From assembly GCF_006345805.1 (NCBI RefSeq), contig NC_043007.1, positions 20,212,001 through 20,276,000 of the forward strand: 64,000 nucleotides of DNA, written 5' to 3'. Position 1 is the stretch's first letter. Each line of letters starts with the position of its first letter. Origin of the DNA: Octopus sinensis (lineage: Eukaryota). The position numbers were made by a program, and so were the translations under genes. The notes beneath the pieces were generated by a model that was given only the letters and a program-made list of their open reading frames with translations, ran no database searches and was not told where the DNA came from. Below are positions 1-13,394 of the stretch, one piece after another.

Positions 1-441
1 TTTCTTGCTTTTTTTTTTTTTTTCTTTTGGTGATGCTAGCACTGGTGAAGTCACCAAGTAATCGCAAGACAAAACCTCTCAACTGAATGAGGTACAGTAT
101 TGAGGGATATGAAAGAATGAGAGAGGGACAGGAGCAGGGGAGACAGTTGAATGCTAGTTTGGTATGCGATCTACATGTCATGAAACTGCTTTGGTATGCG
201 ATCTACACTATATTGAGATCTACAACAAAGAAAGTTATATATAATAAGAACAAGGAAAACACCAATAAAATTAATAAGCTTCTTTCGAAATTACTTCATT
301 TAATTTCTTTTTAATAATAAATATATAAAATGTATAAATATTTTAATTATCTATTTTTTACTTTTCTAGCTGATGTTCGTTTGATTCACCCATAAAATTA
401 GTAAACTCGTTTCAAATCTGCTTCATTTTAATTTTTCTAAA

Positions 442-632
442 TCTCTCTCTATATAAAGCTGAAGTTGTCTGTGTGTGGCAGGTTTGGTAGCCTTCAACTA
501 ACACTATCTCCTCCGAGACCCTGTGGCACAAGTTGACCAAAATTGAGAGTATGATAGAAGAAGGCTTGCTCTTCATTCCGTAGAAGAAAAAATTCAAATC
601 AGACCATGTTAACACCAAAAATTATTTACATC
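442..632 (+). mobile_element. Non-autonomous Helitron, 5' fragment
   Basis: Starts TCTCTCTCTATATAAAGCTGAAG after an A; about 190 bp nearly identical to the complete copy at 15676-16070; 3' end missing. Confidence 0.75.
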
Positions 633-1329
633 CAAATGGAATCATATTTGCTCCAATGAAATTAAAATTAGATAACATCTTAATTTCAGCATTGAGTGAA
701 TGATCAAAATGACATTTCACCATTATAAACCTGATCTGAACAAGTACACCTTGTTTACTGAAGAAACAATTTATATAAAGCAGGAGATGAAAAAATTGAA
801 AAAAATTGTTTTAATTAATCTTTGCAATTATGAAATTACTGTTATTCCATATAATGAAAATACTGATTACTGCAAGATAAAAAGCCTAACCTACAAACAT
901 GTGTATTTGTTTATAAACTAGACAGTATTTAGATACTTCCTCTGAGGAGAAAGGTACAAATAATGTTATGGTGCCAGGTTATGTAGGTAATGCATCTGCA
1001 AAAAGAAAACATTTTATCATGAAAACAAGACAAAACAACAAAAACACAGCCACTTGTAGACGTTAATACGCAGATAATTTCCAAGTAGATGATGACTTTT
1101 ATATCAAAATAGATGTCTATAAATACCTACTTTGTAATTTAATCAAATATGTTTATTGCTGTGCCAAAACAACAAATATATATTTGTAAGAATTACATTT
1201 TTATCAGCTGTAGGATAGCAAATTTGGATGTATTATTTTTACCATTATTATTATAGTTATTATTATGGTAGTGGGTTCGCAGAATCATTTGCGTGTTGGA
1301 AAAATTGCTTTGTGATATTTGTTCCCGGT

Positions 1330-1529
1330 GTTTACATTTCTACTCTTCTCCTCTGGAAGCCATCTACTCGCAATACCAGAGGGCGCACACTCTCCTACCC
1401 TGATGTAATCTCCAGGGATACAGGCATCCAGCAACAGGACCTCCATAATGCTATGATGGACCGTGAAGTCTGGTGTAGCATGGTAAATTCCATTGTCTCG
1501 ACCACGGTCAAACAATGATGATGATGATG
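1330..1529 (+). mobile_element. RTE-clade LINE 3' end (family 1)
   Basis: Encodes STLLLWKPS...RGRTLSYPDVISRDTG...AMMDREVW...KQ* followed by (GAT)n tail; same family as 9033-9450. Confidence 0.8.
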
Positions 1530-1932
1530 TAAGTTCAAATTCCTTAGAGGCCAACTTTACTTTCATCCCTTTGGGGTTGGTACAACGAAGTACCTGTTAC
1601 GTACTGGGGTTGATTTAATCAGCTATATAACCCTCAATCAAAATTTCAAACCTTATGCCTATGTTAGACAAAGGTGATAGAATGGTAGAATCATTAGGAT
1701 GCCAGGGAAAATGCCTTGCAATATTTTAACCAGCACTTTACACTCCAAGTTCAAATTCCACCTTTCATCCTTTCCAGTGGGACCAAGATGTCATCAACAA
1801 CCTCCAGTGAGACCAATAAGGGTCATTACAGAGTAGCTCAAGGTAATAGAGTCTACAACCAGATGTTCGGTTTAAGTCTTACAAGAGGAAAGGTAAGTTT
1901 CTATCTGGTAAGTCTCATATAAACAAGTGACT

Positions 1933-2001
1933 CCCAACATCATGTGACCTCCTAGCTCTCCTGATTTGAAATTCCTGGACTATTGCACTTAGGATGCCAT
2001 T
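1933..2001 (+). mobile_element. Tc1/mariner (maT/DD37D-like) transposase remnant
   Basis: Translates PNIM*PPSSPDLKFLDYCT*DAI, resembling the WPPxSPDLNPLDYxxW motif with both Trp codons mutated to stops. Confidence 0.45.
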
Positions 2002-2764
2002 GGTCGGTTGCTCTTGTGAAAGTGATGGGTCGGAGGAATCAAACTGAGGGTGGTCTTGTTTAAACGACTCATTTCCTTAAGTATCTAGTTGAATGGGTGT
2101 TCTGTTTCTCTGAGAGTACATTGCCATATTTTCTGTTTGGTATCTTGTTTTCTTTTTTTTTGTGCTTTGTGTTGTTATTGGTGGCCGGCCATGTACTGCA
2201 CCCTGTCCAGGTTTGGTCTACTTGCTGCATTCTAAGACACAGGTGTATCACCCCAACTGTCCAAGCCTACCTTGAGATCTCACAAAAATTTTTGTTCAAT
2301 CCTTCTTACTTACAACTGCAGTTCTCTGGAATTGACCTTCTGTTAATATTTTTACCACAACTCTAGAAGTCCAAGCTTAACATCAGCTGGGAGGACTTCA
2401 ATCATGAACCCTTTCACTCTCTCATAACTAGAATAATATACATGCAAACACACACACAATATCAGGCTCATATAGAATTGAAAGCATTTTAATGACTACA
2501 CAATGTGAATGCTTCTATGTATTGGCTAATACTTATGGGAGAGACAAAGCTGTAAGACAATTCTTCAGAATAATTTACATGTAGAAAACCTTGGAAAGCT
2601 GGCTTCAAATTTCAATACTGGAAGATGTGCAAATACCCAAAATAGGCACCATTGCATTGAGTCAAAAATACCAATCCTCTCCAACCCAGTTTCCAACTAA
2701 GTATTGCATTCAGCTAAATAACCTCAGTTTCCACCCAACCCACCCCCATATCCACTCCTGAAAA

Positions 2765-2925
2765 TTCTCTCGCTGTTTAATTCCTCTTATTCCTTTCTGC
2801 TGAAGAGCATAGGCTCAAAATGTAAAAGACTATCTCACCTTCCCGAGTGTCAAACTAATACACTTGCTTATTTATTATTCACACACCTGTCTTTATCTTT
2901 TGTTTTTCTATAAATTTCAACGATA
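2765..2925 (+). mobile_element. Penelope-like terminal-repeat remnant with degenerate minimal hammerhead
   Basis: 2793-2828 CTTT CTGCTGA A GAGC ATAG GCTC AAAAT GTA AAAG; same family as 50660-51008. Confidence 0.55.
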
Positions 2926-2984
2926 TGAAGTAGATGTTAACACATTCAAACTTCACAAGAACCTGGATAAAATAATATTATATG

Positions 2985-3213
2985 TTTCTTTATTACCTAC
3001 AAGGGGCTAAACACAGAGGGGACAAACAAGGACAGACAAAGGGATTAAGTCGATTACATCGACCCCAGTGCGTAACTGGTACTTAATTTGTCGACCCCGA
3101 AAGGATGAAAGGCAAAGTCAACCTCGGCGGAATTCGAACTCAGAACGTAATGGCAGACGAAATACGGCTACGCATTTCGCCCGGCGTGCTAACGGTTCTG
3201 CCAGCTCACCGCC
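2985..3213 (-). mobile_element. SINE family B, full length
   Basis: Reverse complement of GGCGGTGAGCTGGCAGAA...GAGTTCGAATTCC...AAAGAAA; CpGs intact; many copies in window. Confidence 0.85.
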
Positions 3214-3577
3214 TGGATGAAATAATATTATAGCAGGATATATAGATGGGGGTAGAGGCATCAAATTTCATCATTCACAAACTATGAAGTACAAACAAGG
3301 GCTGCAATGGTAGGATTGATAGTATTAGTTGTTTAACTCCAAACCAGCTCTGATCAGGTAGTCATGATCAAAAGATTCTAACCATGGCTGTCCCATTTTT
3401 TTCTTTTTTTTTACATAATATATCCAAGATTGTATTATGTGTCCTCTGATTTTTAATATGGTAAAGTATATTTTGTTTAGAATTTAGCAGCTATTTCTAA
3501 CATGCTGAGTGCCCATATGGGAGCTCCTTCAATTAGATTGATATTCTGGAACAGCCACAGGTTATATACACACATAG

Positions 3578-3615
<38 letters not shown>

Positions 3616-5249
3616 AAAACTAAAAGGAAAACAGTAGGTACTAATTAATGAAATTAAATAAATGTCTTAAGTAGTTTTCAATGAAGAAATTCCACTATGA
3701 TTACAAATGTAGAACTGTAAATCACTAATTCTTCATTGATGGTAATTTTTTTTTTTAAATATCAACTCGGAATAGAGCACCAGAAACAAGGCTGCAGAAA
3801 CAATAAAAATATATGCAAAAGCTTCTCAGTTTCAAATTTGTTTTGCATCAATTTTAAAGTAAAGACACAAAATATCCTGAGACCAGTTATAAAGTATTGT
3901 TCAAACAAGCCAAGCATTAAGAATTTAATGAACAGCTAAAATTTTTGAAGTAAGTGATATTAAAATATTATAGGTGACAATTTGTAGAAATTAAAAAAAT
4001 AAGAGCAACATGCTTCTATGACGGGGTTCAATTTTAATAACTATCATTCCAAACTTTGAATTAGATCCGGGACCTCTCCTTATGTTGGACATTAATTAGT
4101 AGAATGCTTGTCCTTGTAATCTAAGCGCTAAATATCTGACATTATTTTATGATGGTAAGATAACAAAAACACTTTATAGTACCTATTTTGAGAAGATGTT
4201 ACAAGTAACCCAACATGTGCTAGATTAGAAACCTGGTTTGTGTCACAACAGTCGGCTGCTTGCTGCTATTTTCTGTTACAAGTAGGTACTTTTAGTGTCT
4301 AATGTGTAACTGAGAGCTACCTGGTATTATAGTTAATAGCTTGCCTATACACCTTGATTTCAATATCAAAAATTGGCAGAAATAGTAACACAGTAGACGA
4401 AAATGCTTTACTGTATTTAGTTCTTTCCTTTCCAAAAGTGTTAGTTACATTTGAATAGCTTCTTTCAGTTTGCCAGTCGAAAATGGTAGGCGTAGGGGAG
4501 GAGCTTCTTTAAACTTAAAAAAAAAAAAAAACTCATGGGACATTAAGGATAATTAGTAGTAATAAATGCAAAACTGTTAGTGTTTAGTCAGTGGAGGAAA
4601 AATCTGAGCAGGAGAGGAGTTCCACAGTATCTAGGGATTAGTGAGACAGCATGGGTAATAAGTAGATATATCGAATAGCTTCAACTTGGGATGGTATAAA
4701 GTTAAACTATAGAGCAGGAAAAGCAAATGAACAACAGAGCATGATGGTTGGTGACTCAAGTGTGTTGGGCAGGGAGTGAAGTTTTGTTTATCAAGTGAAT
4801 GGCTTCTTGGATATGATCCAGTGTTATCCATGTTTGTGTAGGCATAGTAAATATACATCATATTTACACCATACACATGTCATATCTTTGCTTTGTAAAC
4901 AGATAGGCTTTCGATGATGATACTTGAAAATACTGAAATCTTCCAAAACTTATTACCAGATATGTTTTTTTTTCCTTTTTGTTTGTTTTTTTTCTTATCT
5001 AAATATAAAATGTATAGAAGAATTCTTGTTCATCTGATGCTAAAATATTCAAGGAATACAAATAACAGCAACATATGTTTTGCTGTAAATGAATAACAAA
5101 AATATTGTTGATATGACATTATCTGAAGAATAAAAGAATAACAAACCAGTGAGGGAGCTTCAACATGGTTGCTCAACCTGTTAGAAATAACAGCCCAATC
5201 TCCTCCAAATCACACCAACCATTTTAAAAATTAAAAGACACATTCAATG

Positions 5250-5552
5250 CTGGTGGCACGTAAAAAGCACCATCCATACATGGCTGATGCCATCACCGCC
5301 TTGACTGACTTCTGTGCTGGTGGCACATAAAAAGTACCAACCGATCGTGGCCGTTTCCAGCCTCCCATGGCACATAAAAAGCACCCACTACACTCATGGA
5401 GTGGTTGGCGTTAGGAAGGGCATCCAGCTGTAGAAACACTGCCAGATCAGACTGGAGCCTGGTCCAGCCTCCTGGCTTCCCAGATCCCGGTTGAACCGTC
5501 CAACCCATGCTAGCATGGAAAGTGGACGTTAAACGATGATGATGATGATGAT
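5250..5552 (+). mobile_element. RTE LINE 3'UTR fragment (family 2)
   Basis: GGCGTTAGGAAGGGCATCCAGCTGTAGAAAC module and (GAT)n tail. Confidence 0.8.
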
Positions 5553-5710
5553 TGAATAATGAAGTCTGAAGTTCACTGTCTCACAAAAGTGCCTTTGGTT
5601 AGGTTGGTTTATTGAGATCTTTGGGCTAAAAAAAAAGTCAATACTAAACTGTATTTGAAAGAAGAGACCTGAGTTTTAAAAAAATAACAGTACATGTTTA
5701 AATCATAATT

Positions 5711-5908
5711 ATTTCTTTACTACCCACAAGGGGCTAAACAGAGAGGGAACAAACAAGGACAGACAAAGGGATTAAGCCGATTTATCGACCCCGCGAGGAT
5801 GAAAGGCAAAGTCGACCTCGGCGGAATTTGAACTCAGAACGTAACGACAGACGAAATACCGCTAAGCATTTCGCCCGGCGCGCTAACGTTTCTGCCAGCT
5901 CTCCGCCT
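5711..5908 (-). mobile_element. SINE family B
   Basis: Family B sequence flanked by 15-bp direct repeat TGTTTAAATCATAAT. Confidence 0.85.
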
Positions 5909-6533
5909 TGTTTAAATCATAATAGTTATTCAACAAACAGTTAGGGCCTTGTGAGAACTTGATGATGATAGTAAGAGAGCTTGCTTAAAATGTCAGAAAT
6001 GTATAGAATGTAACTCAATAATCTGCAGACAATACAATTAATGAAAAGAAAGAAAGAAAGAAGTGGTATTTCAGATAGTTTGACAAGACAACATTTCTGA
6101 AGTAACAAACATATTAACAGTCCTTGCAGTGGTTTATCTGAAGCTTAAACTCGGTCAGCAGTTTTCAAACTGACACATATCAGCCCCACCTCTCATATTA
6201 GCGAAATATTCCTACTCCACCCTCCTCTTTATTAAAGAAAAGAGAAAACAAGAGTTTGCATCAATACTTTTTATTCTTTGCCATACGTTGGACAAGTTTA
6301 ATTAGTTTAAATTCCTCAATTTTTTTTATTAAACATGGCAATTTACTAACCACTTTTTTTTCAATATTCGCAGCGTCCTCCCCTCACCATTGAGATAGGT
6401 AACGTAACTAGTGCTAGTCGAAGGGCCTGTGGTACTATAGTAGTAAGTAAATTAAGTGGAAGCTGTTTAGAAAGTTTTACAGTTTTTAAGCATATTTTTG
6501 AATAATGCATGAAAACTGCTCGCCCTGTGGAAT

Positions 6534-6880
6534 CATCATCATCATCATCGTTTAACGTCCGCTTTCCATGCTAGCATGGGTTGGACGATTTTGACTGAGG
6601 GCTGGCGAACCAGATGGCTGCACCAGTCTTCAATCTTGATCTGGCAGAGTTTCTACAGCTAGATGCCCTTCCTAATGCCAACCACTCAAAGTGTAGTGGG
6701 TGCTTTTACGTGCCACCGGCACGGGGTCAGTCAGGCGGTACTGGCAACGACCTCGCTCGAATCTTTTGCACATGCCACCAGCACAGGTGCCAGTAAGGCA
6801 GCGTTGGTAACGATCACGCTCGGATAGTGCTCTTGGCACCCTACTAGCATGGGCACAAGTGCCAGTAAGGCGACGCTGGC
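6534..6880 (-). mobile_element. RTE LINE 3'UTR fragment (family 2)
   Basis: (CAT)n tail at left; 19-bp TSD ACTGCTCGCCCTGT(G/A)GAAT at 6515-6533 and 6881-6899. Confidence 0.85.
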
Positions 6881-7354
6881 ACTGCTCGCCCTGTAGAATA
6901 TAACAATCAAATATTTTCTCAAACGAATTTGTAATATTTAAAGTGTTGAACCCAGTTTCTAATTCTGGAACCAAGGATATAACAAAAAGATGTTATAATA
7001 AATTACCAAAGTTAACCATTTATAAATTAGATACTCAGTTTCTGATTTCTATAATGACCCTATCGTCTTTTAATCAGTTCCTAGTTCTGAGGCTGAAACA
7101 CTTGCCTATACCCACCCACCTACATATATATTACACATACATTCTTCAAGTAAAATCTACTAAACTATGAATATTTCTGGACCTTAAAATTTGTGTAAAT
7201 CCAGGAGATGCAACGTTCCAACACCATCAATGTCCTTTGCAATCAATCTAGATTTACAGATTAAATGAACTCATTGATCAATCAGTCTTATCTCATCTTC
7301 CTTTGTAGAATTATTAAATCCCTGTGGTTAATAACAAAACCGGTGACAGTCATT

Positions 7355-7644
7355 TTAACTCTTTAGTGTTTAAACTGGCCAAATCCGACCCAATATATTC
7401 TACATATTTTATATTCAAACTGGCCATTTTGAATATAAAATATGTAGAATATATTGGGCCGGATTTGGCCAGTTTAAACACTAAAGAGTTAAAATGACTG
7501 TTACCTAACCTACATTGACATTCTAAAAATAAACAATCACATCATTGAAACCTCAAAGCTATAAGGTAATGCATGATTAATTCAAAACAATTTAAATAAA
7601 AAAGCATTACATTTAACAGAGTAATCTGAACACTAAAGGGTTAA
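7355..7644 (-). mobile_element. TTAA-flanked piggyBac-like MITE with internal inverted duplication
   Basis: TTAACTCTTT...AAAGGGTTAA ends; related partial copy at about 46546-46652. Confidence 0.7.
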
Positions 7645-9032
7645 GTCAATTCAACCCTTATTAATTAAACTGGGTATTCAGAAATTATGTAGAAGCACAT
7701 TGACTGTACTGTACCTGTTTTGGGGAGGTAGACTTAACCTAAGCAGATTTGACCCTGTTGCATTCTTTGAGACCAGGTTTCCTGAGTAAGGATAATCTAC
7801 AATTCATGGTTTCTTTGAACTAGTCTCAGTGATCCAACACATAAAAAAATGTCATGAACACTACTCTTCTTCCTCTGACTAAGCCATTAAAATATTTTTT
7901 AAAAAATTTAACTACTTAAAGCACAATGTCAACTATTACGGGGACATATCTGATTGGATTACTGAACTAAAAAGTAGCTACTTTGACTGTAACTGTTTTA
8001 TTTTTAGTTTGATCTTGCTATCTAACTCTTATGGCTGGCCTTAAAAATACCATCTTTCTTGAAGACAAATAGAGCCAAGATTAAGGCTGTTCTGATAAAT
8101 TAAATGAACAGTCAGACCATACAGTGTGACACTGCATGAATGTTTATTTAACGATTTAAAAAGCACAGAGTTTTCTCCAATTTCAGACTTACCCCCCCTC
8201 TCTAATTGACACTGCTATTTATACCTTCAAAATTAAAAAAACTCTTGTTTCAGTTAATTATTGCTTCAGATTAATTGAGGCTAGTAAATAATATACTGAC
8301 CAACACTTATTTTTGTGACTATATAATTTATCTTTTAATGGAAATTCCTTCAGCCAGCCATGAAAAAAATCCCTGTTTGGCAGAAGACTACTTAATCAAT
8401 GCATCATTTTATTTTGCTTCTTACATATTTCAATTTTTTTATTAGAAAACACTTTACTTTAAGACTCAAAACTGAAGGAAGCAATGTTAAAATAGTTTAT
8501 TTTTCAAGCTAACATTGAAAATATTTTCAAATTTTTATTGTTTTCATTGATTTAAAATTTCTTCTGTTCCATTCTAATTTTCCTTCTCCAATAACACGGA
8601 ATAAAGTGTAATTAAAAAAATATAGACCAGTGCCTCAAAACTAGACAGTATACATCTGTAGAATAAAAAAATAAGTTTTATTTGAACCACTATATTTTGT
8701 TGTAGCTTTGGAGGGTCATTATGCCAATAAGAAACACATACACTGGTTCTATTTTACTTCTTTCTTATTTGTCAATTGGTTCACAATTTAACCAATCAAT
8801 TGACTGAGTAATAATTCAGTCAATCAACATGATACTGCCAACCAGTTTTCAACTAAAACCCAGTGATTTTCATGGCTTTTACCATTGTTTCGTTGAAACA
8901 TCTAATCAAATGAGATTATAGATTTCAGTCTGGCATAGAAAAGTAGTTAGAATTTATAATATATGCAGTCACAATTTGTATCCATAGCACTATTCTATAA
9001 AACTAATAAAGAAAAAGAGCTCAAGAAAAATA

Positions 9033-9450
9033 CTACATCATCATTGTTCGACAGCGGTCGAGACAATGGAATTTACTATGTTATGCCAGACTTCACGGTC
9101 CATCATAGCATTACTGAGGTCCTGTTGCTGGATGCCTGTATCCCTGGAGATTACATCAGAGTAGGAGTGTGTGCGCCCTCTGGTATCGCGAGCAGATAGC
9201 TTCCAGAGGAGAAGAGTAGAAATTACCTCGTTTTCAGCTCTACAACGTCCAGCAAACTGAACTCTTCTACCTTTCACAAGAGATGATACAGGTAGGTGGT
9301 AATTTCCCATATATTTGTACTTTGGTTGGATGACGCTTCCACGAGAGATTTTGAGTTCTCATAAGGAGGCGAGTATGAGTTCCATCCAACTGCCTCTCAA
9401 GCTTCTTTGATAACATCCAGGTTTCTGAGCCATATAGTAGAATTTCACTT
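9033..9450 (-). mobile_element. RTE-clade LINE 3' fragment (family 1)
   Basis: Minus strand encodes ILLYGSETWMLSKKLERQLDGTHTRLL... then (frameshift) RRVQFAG...STLLLWK...DREVW...VEQ*; LLYGSETW is an RTE C-terminal motif. Confidence 0.85.
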
Positions 9451-10526
9451 CACTGTTTAATACTATTAGAAAAGCATGAATGTCACATGATCTTGTTTCT
9501 AGATCAACTAAAATAACGAGCCTTTGTGTCTAATTAAAATAAAACTGTCTCGGGATATGTAGATCAAAATAAGCAAAGTCAAAGTTTGTTGGCAACAGAA
9601 TGCAATTTATCAAGATAACTGCATTCTGTTTCAAGCATTTCTAAATAATAAAGGGATATATTCTACAGAAAAGATGTGGTTAATGATCCAAGTTCAGAAT
9701 TCTTTAGATGCTGAATGTTTTTATAAGCAAAAATAAACAAAGGTTGAGGATCGCTTATCTTTTTACCCAAGAATAAAGAATTCGATTACAATACAAAAGT
9801 TTCTATTACTGCATAAACCTATTTTTGAAAGAAAAGTTGTCAGGAACCTGCAACTACTCCAGACAAAAGGAATTAAACAATTGCTTTTATTTTAAACAGT
9901 TAATTAGCAAATGAAGTTACATCTGTAAATCTAAAAACTGTTGTTATCAATAATTGCATTATTTGTGCTTTATATTCAATAATAAAAAATAATTTTGTGA
10001 ATCAATTCATTTGAAGGTAAAGTACAATTCAATTTAGCATTTAAGAGCAGCTGTACAAAGGAAAATAAGGCTAAGGAAACTCAGGAAACAGACTTAAGAT
10101 AATTGAAATCTTCATAGAAGAGCTGCAGGTGGAAATGTTGGTAAAATGAGAAAAGACAATCTCGGTAAGACGTGCAGGTGATTGCGATTATATTTTAAAT
10201 ACTATATTCAATAAACGGAAGAATATAAAAGAATTTTACTCTTTATATTGTATTACATGAAATATGTATCATGATTAACTTGTATAACTATTATCTTTAC
10301 TGGTATAACCCAGAAACACTTCCAAATTAAATAAATAATAAAAAGTTATGAAATTAACAACTTGCAACCTCAATTAGTTCAAATTCAGGCTAAAACATCC
10401 TCATCATTTTTAATGCTTACTGTTCCCATTCTTGCATGGGTTGGATGCAGTTTATTGAAGCAGATTTTTTTACAGCCGGATATCCTTCCTGTCATCAATC
10501 TTCACCCATCTCCAAACAAGATACTT

Positions 10527-10835
10527 GTGGAGGCACACAGCCTGGTGGTTAGAGCATCAGACTCGCAGTCGAGGGATCGCGGGTTCGAATCTCAAACCGA
10601 GCCATGTGTATGTTTATGAGCGAAACGCCTAAGCTCCACATGCCTCTGGCTGAAGGTAATGTCAAACTTCTGCTGACTCTTTCGCCACAACTTTCTCTCA
10701 CTCTTTCTTCCTGCATCTTGCAGCTCATCTGTGACGGACCAGTGTCCCGTCCAAGAGGGGAACCTATATGTCAAAGAAACTGGGAAACCAGCCCTTATGA
10801 GCCAAGCATGGCTCGAGAAGGAACAAACAACAAAC
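10527..10835 (+). mobile_element. tRNA-headed SINE family C (variant 2)
   Basis: Head with A-box-like TGGTGGTTAG and B-box GGTTCGAATCTC; related copies at 47183-47480, 53310-53575, 53880-54190. Confidence 0.75.
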
Positions 10836-10849
10836 CCACAATTGTTATG

Positions 10850-11055
10850 CATCAGTACTGGTGGCAGGTAAAAAGCAACCACTACACTCTAGGAGTGGTT
10901 GGCGTTAGGAAGGGCATGCAGCTGTAGAAACTCTGCCAGATCAGATTGGAGCCTGGTGCAGCCTCCTGGCTTGCCAGTCCTCAGTCAAATTGTTCAACCC
11001 ATGCCAGCATGGAAAGAGGATGTTAAATGATGATGATGATGACAATGATGATGAG
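10850..11055 (+). mobile_element. RTE LINE 3'UTR fragment (family 2)
   Basis: Same module and (GAT)n tail. Confidence 0.8.
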
Positions 11056-11245
11056 ACCTAGGGCAACCAAAGTCTTATAGGTAGATCAAGTAGACAGAAA
11101 CTGACTGAAGCCTATTGTTGTGTGTGTATGTGTGTTTTGTGTGCATATGTTCGTCTTGTGTGCATGTGTGCGTTTTGTGTCCATGCATGAGTGTGAGTGT
11201 TTGTGTGGCTGTGTGAGTGTTTGTGTGCATGCATATGTTTGTGTC

Positions 11246-11612
11246 GTCCCCAAAGTCCATCCCCTCCTCACCGCAGTGGGGACGCTGGCAACGGGTAGTG
11301 TCAGAGCTATGCAGTCGGGAACTTCGGTTCCTGGTAGGGCCACCGAAGGCGGATTGGTCTGACACCAAGTGGTATTAGGGCCACAACCCGGCTGATGGGG
11401 CTCTGGTGAAAATCCTCAGAGTGTCTGTTTCGGCAACTGGCGGCTCCTCGGTCGTTCTGTCCCTGTGTATGCAGACAATCTATGGCAAACAGGATGTCTC
11501 CACATGCGGAATTGTTGGGAACCGCTTGTGAAATCCACATATTCCCACAAAACTTCTTCCATGAGAAGAAGCCAACTCAAACTGCCCAGAGTGAATGTCG
11601 CCACAAGTACAA
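11246..11612 (+). mobile_element. GC/CpG-rich structured island, probable RTE LINE 5'UTR
   Basis: Several hairpins including a cUUCGg tetraloop; CCTGGTAGGGCCACC resembles RTE/Expander 5'UTR sequence as I recall it. Confidence 0.4.
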
Positions 11613-12299
11613 GTAAGTACAATATGTTTGTGTGCATGTTTGCATTTCCTTGTATTGATATCTTATAATAGATTTTTTTTTTTTAAGTCAGTGTGTCATA
11701 CAAGCTGTGTGATTTATTTTTGATATTCTGCAGAAACATAACTTGCCATCAGGAAATATTATCTTACTTGGAAACAGGTGAGGGTTAGCAACAGGAAGGG
11801 TATCTGGGCTGTAGAAAATCTGGTTGATGATGATGAAGAGGATAAATAGATTCTTAATGAAAAAAAAACTTATTTAAAAAAACTAACTGAAGAGATACAA
11901 TACAATAAATCATACAGTGATTCTTCAGTGGCTGGGTAATAAAACGGATTTGATTTAAATAGAAAGATGTTTATGACAATCAAATTAATCTTTTATAACA
12001 TTTCTTACAAAATACGTTTATGCAGTTTAATTAATTTTGAAAAATAGGAACTCAGAGGGATATGGAACAGCACCTAATATTTTCCATTATTAAACTGATA
12101 TTTGGAATATAAAAAAGTTGATTTAAAATTATGATGGCAAATTTTAAATGAAATATGAACACTTTAACAGGTGAAGGGTTTGTGTTAGGGCAGCAGAGAG
12201 AGTTTCAGGCAGGTTGATATCTAAAACTTTGATAGGCATTTTAAAGTAGGATGCATATGAAATTAAATGAATTAAGAATTACGAAGACATATGAAAGTT

Positions 12300-12682
12300 T
12301 ATTACTGTGGTAAGTAGCTTGCTTACCAACCACATGGTTCCGGGTTCAGTCCCACTGCGTGACACCCTGGGCAAGTGTCTTCTACTATAGCCTCGGGCCG
12401 ACCAAAGCCTTGTGAATGGATTTGGTAGACGGAAACTGAAAGAAGCCCATCGTATATATGTATATATATATATATGTGTGTGTGTCTGTGTTTGTCCCCC
12501 CAACATCGCTTGACAACCGATGCTGGTGTGTTTACGTCCCCGTAACTTAGCGGTTCGGCAAAAGAGACCGATAGAATAAGTACTAGGCTTACAAAGAATA
12601 AGTCCCAGGGTCGACTTGCTTGACTAAAGCCGGTGCTCCAGCATGGCCGCAGTCAAATGACTGAAACAAGTAAAACAGTAAA
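12300..12682 (+). mobile_element. SINE family A (tRNA head, CORE-like segment, internal microsatellite)
   Basis: GTGGTAAGTAGCTTGC...GGTTCAGTCCC head; CACCCTGGGCAAGTGTCTT resembles the CORE segment; tail GAAACAAGTAAAA. Confidence 0.85.
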
Positions 12683-12820
12683 GTAATCTTGATATTTCAT
12701 CAACTGGAATATTAGTAAAACAAATATGTCAAAGGTTTGAATTAACAAATTAGAAATATTCAAATTTACTAATAGAAATTACAAAATAAATGACAAAATA
12801 CTGCTAATACAATTACTTAC

Positions 12821-12863
12821 TAACGGCTCTCCCAGCAAGTAGCTCTCGTGCGAATGGTTCCAC
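12821..12863 (-). CDS. Candidate 43-bp internal exon of an unidentified host gene
   Basis: Pyrimidine-rich acceptor TTTTGTTGTGTTTGTCAACACTTTAAG, donor TTA|GTAAGT, GC/CpG-rich in AT-rich surroundings; all three frames open (e.g. WNHSHESYLLGEPL or VEPFARELLAGRAV). Confidence 0.5.
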
Positions 12864-13394
12864 CTTAAAGTGTTGACAAACACAACAAAATGTTACTTAT
12901 ATATGAAATCACTGCAATACAGGAGCCAATAAGATTATTTCCTTTTAATAACGACTGTAATTAATACACCTCTACCATTTCAATTTATCCAAACACTGGA
13001 ATGAAAAGCCTGAAATCATTAATTCTCAGACAATGGACATTACATCTGGATAGTAATTCAGAGTGTGTGTTGAGGAAGAGGAACGGAAGACGGCTGGGGG
13101 AAAAAATCTATATTAAGCGAACATGTTTTAAAGCAATATAATGCCTATGCTAATTGTGTGTGTTCTTTTATTCTATTACTTGTTTCAGTCATCTGACTGC
13201 GGCCATGCTGGAGCACCACCTTTAGCCAGACAAATCGACTGCAGGACTTATTCTTTGTAAGACTAGTACTTATTCTATTAGTCTCTTTTTGCCAAACTGC
13301 TAAGTTACAGGGATATAAACACACCAACATTGGTTGTCAAGCAATGGTGGGGGTACAAACACAGACACAAATAACAAATACATATACACAGACA

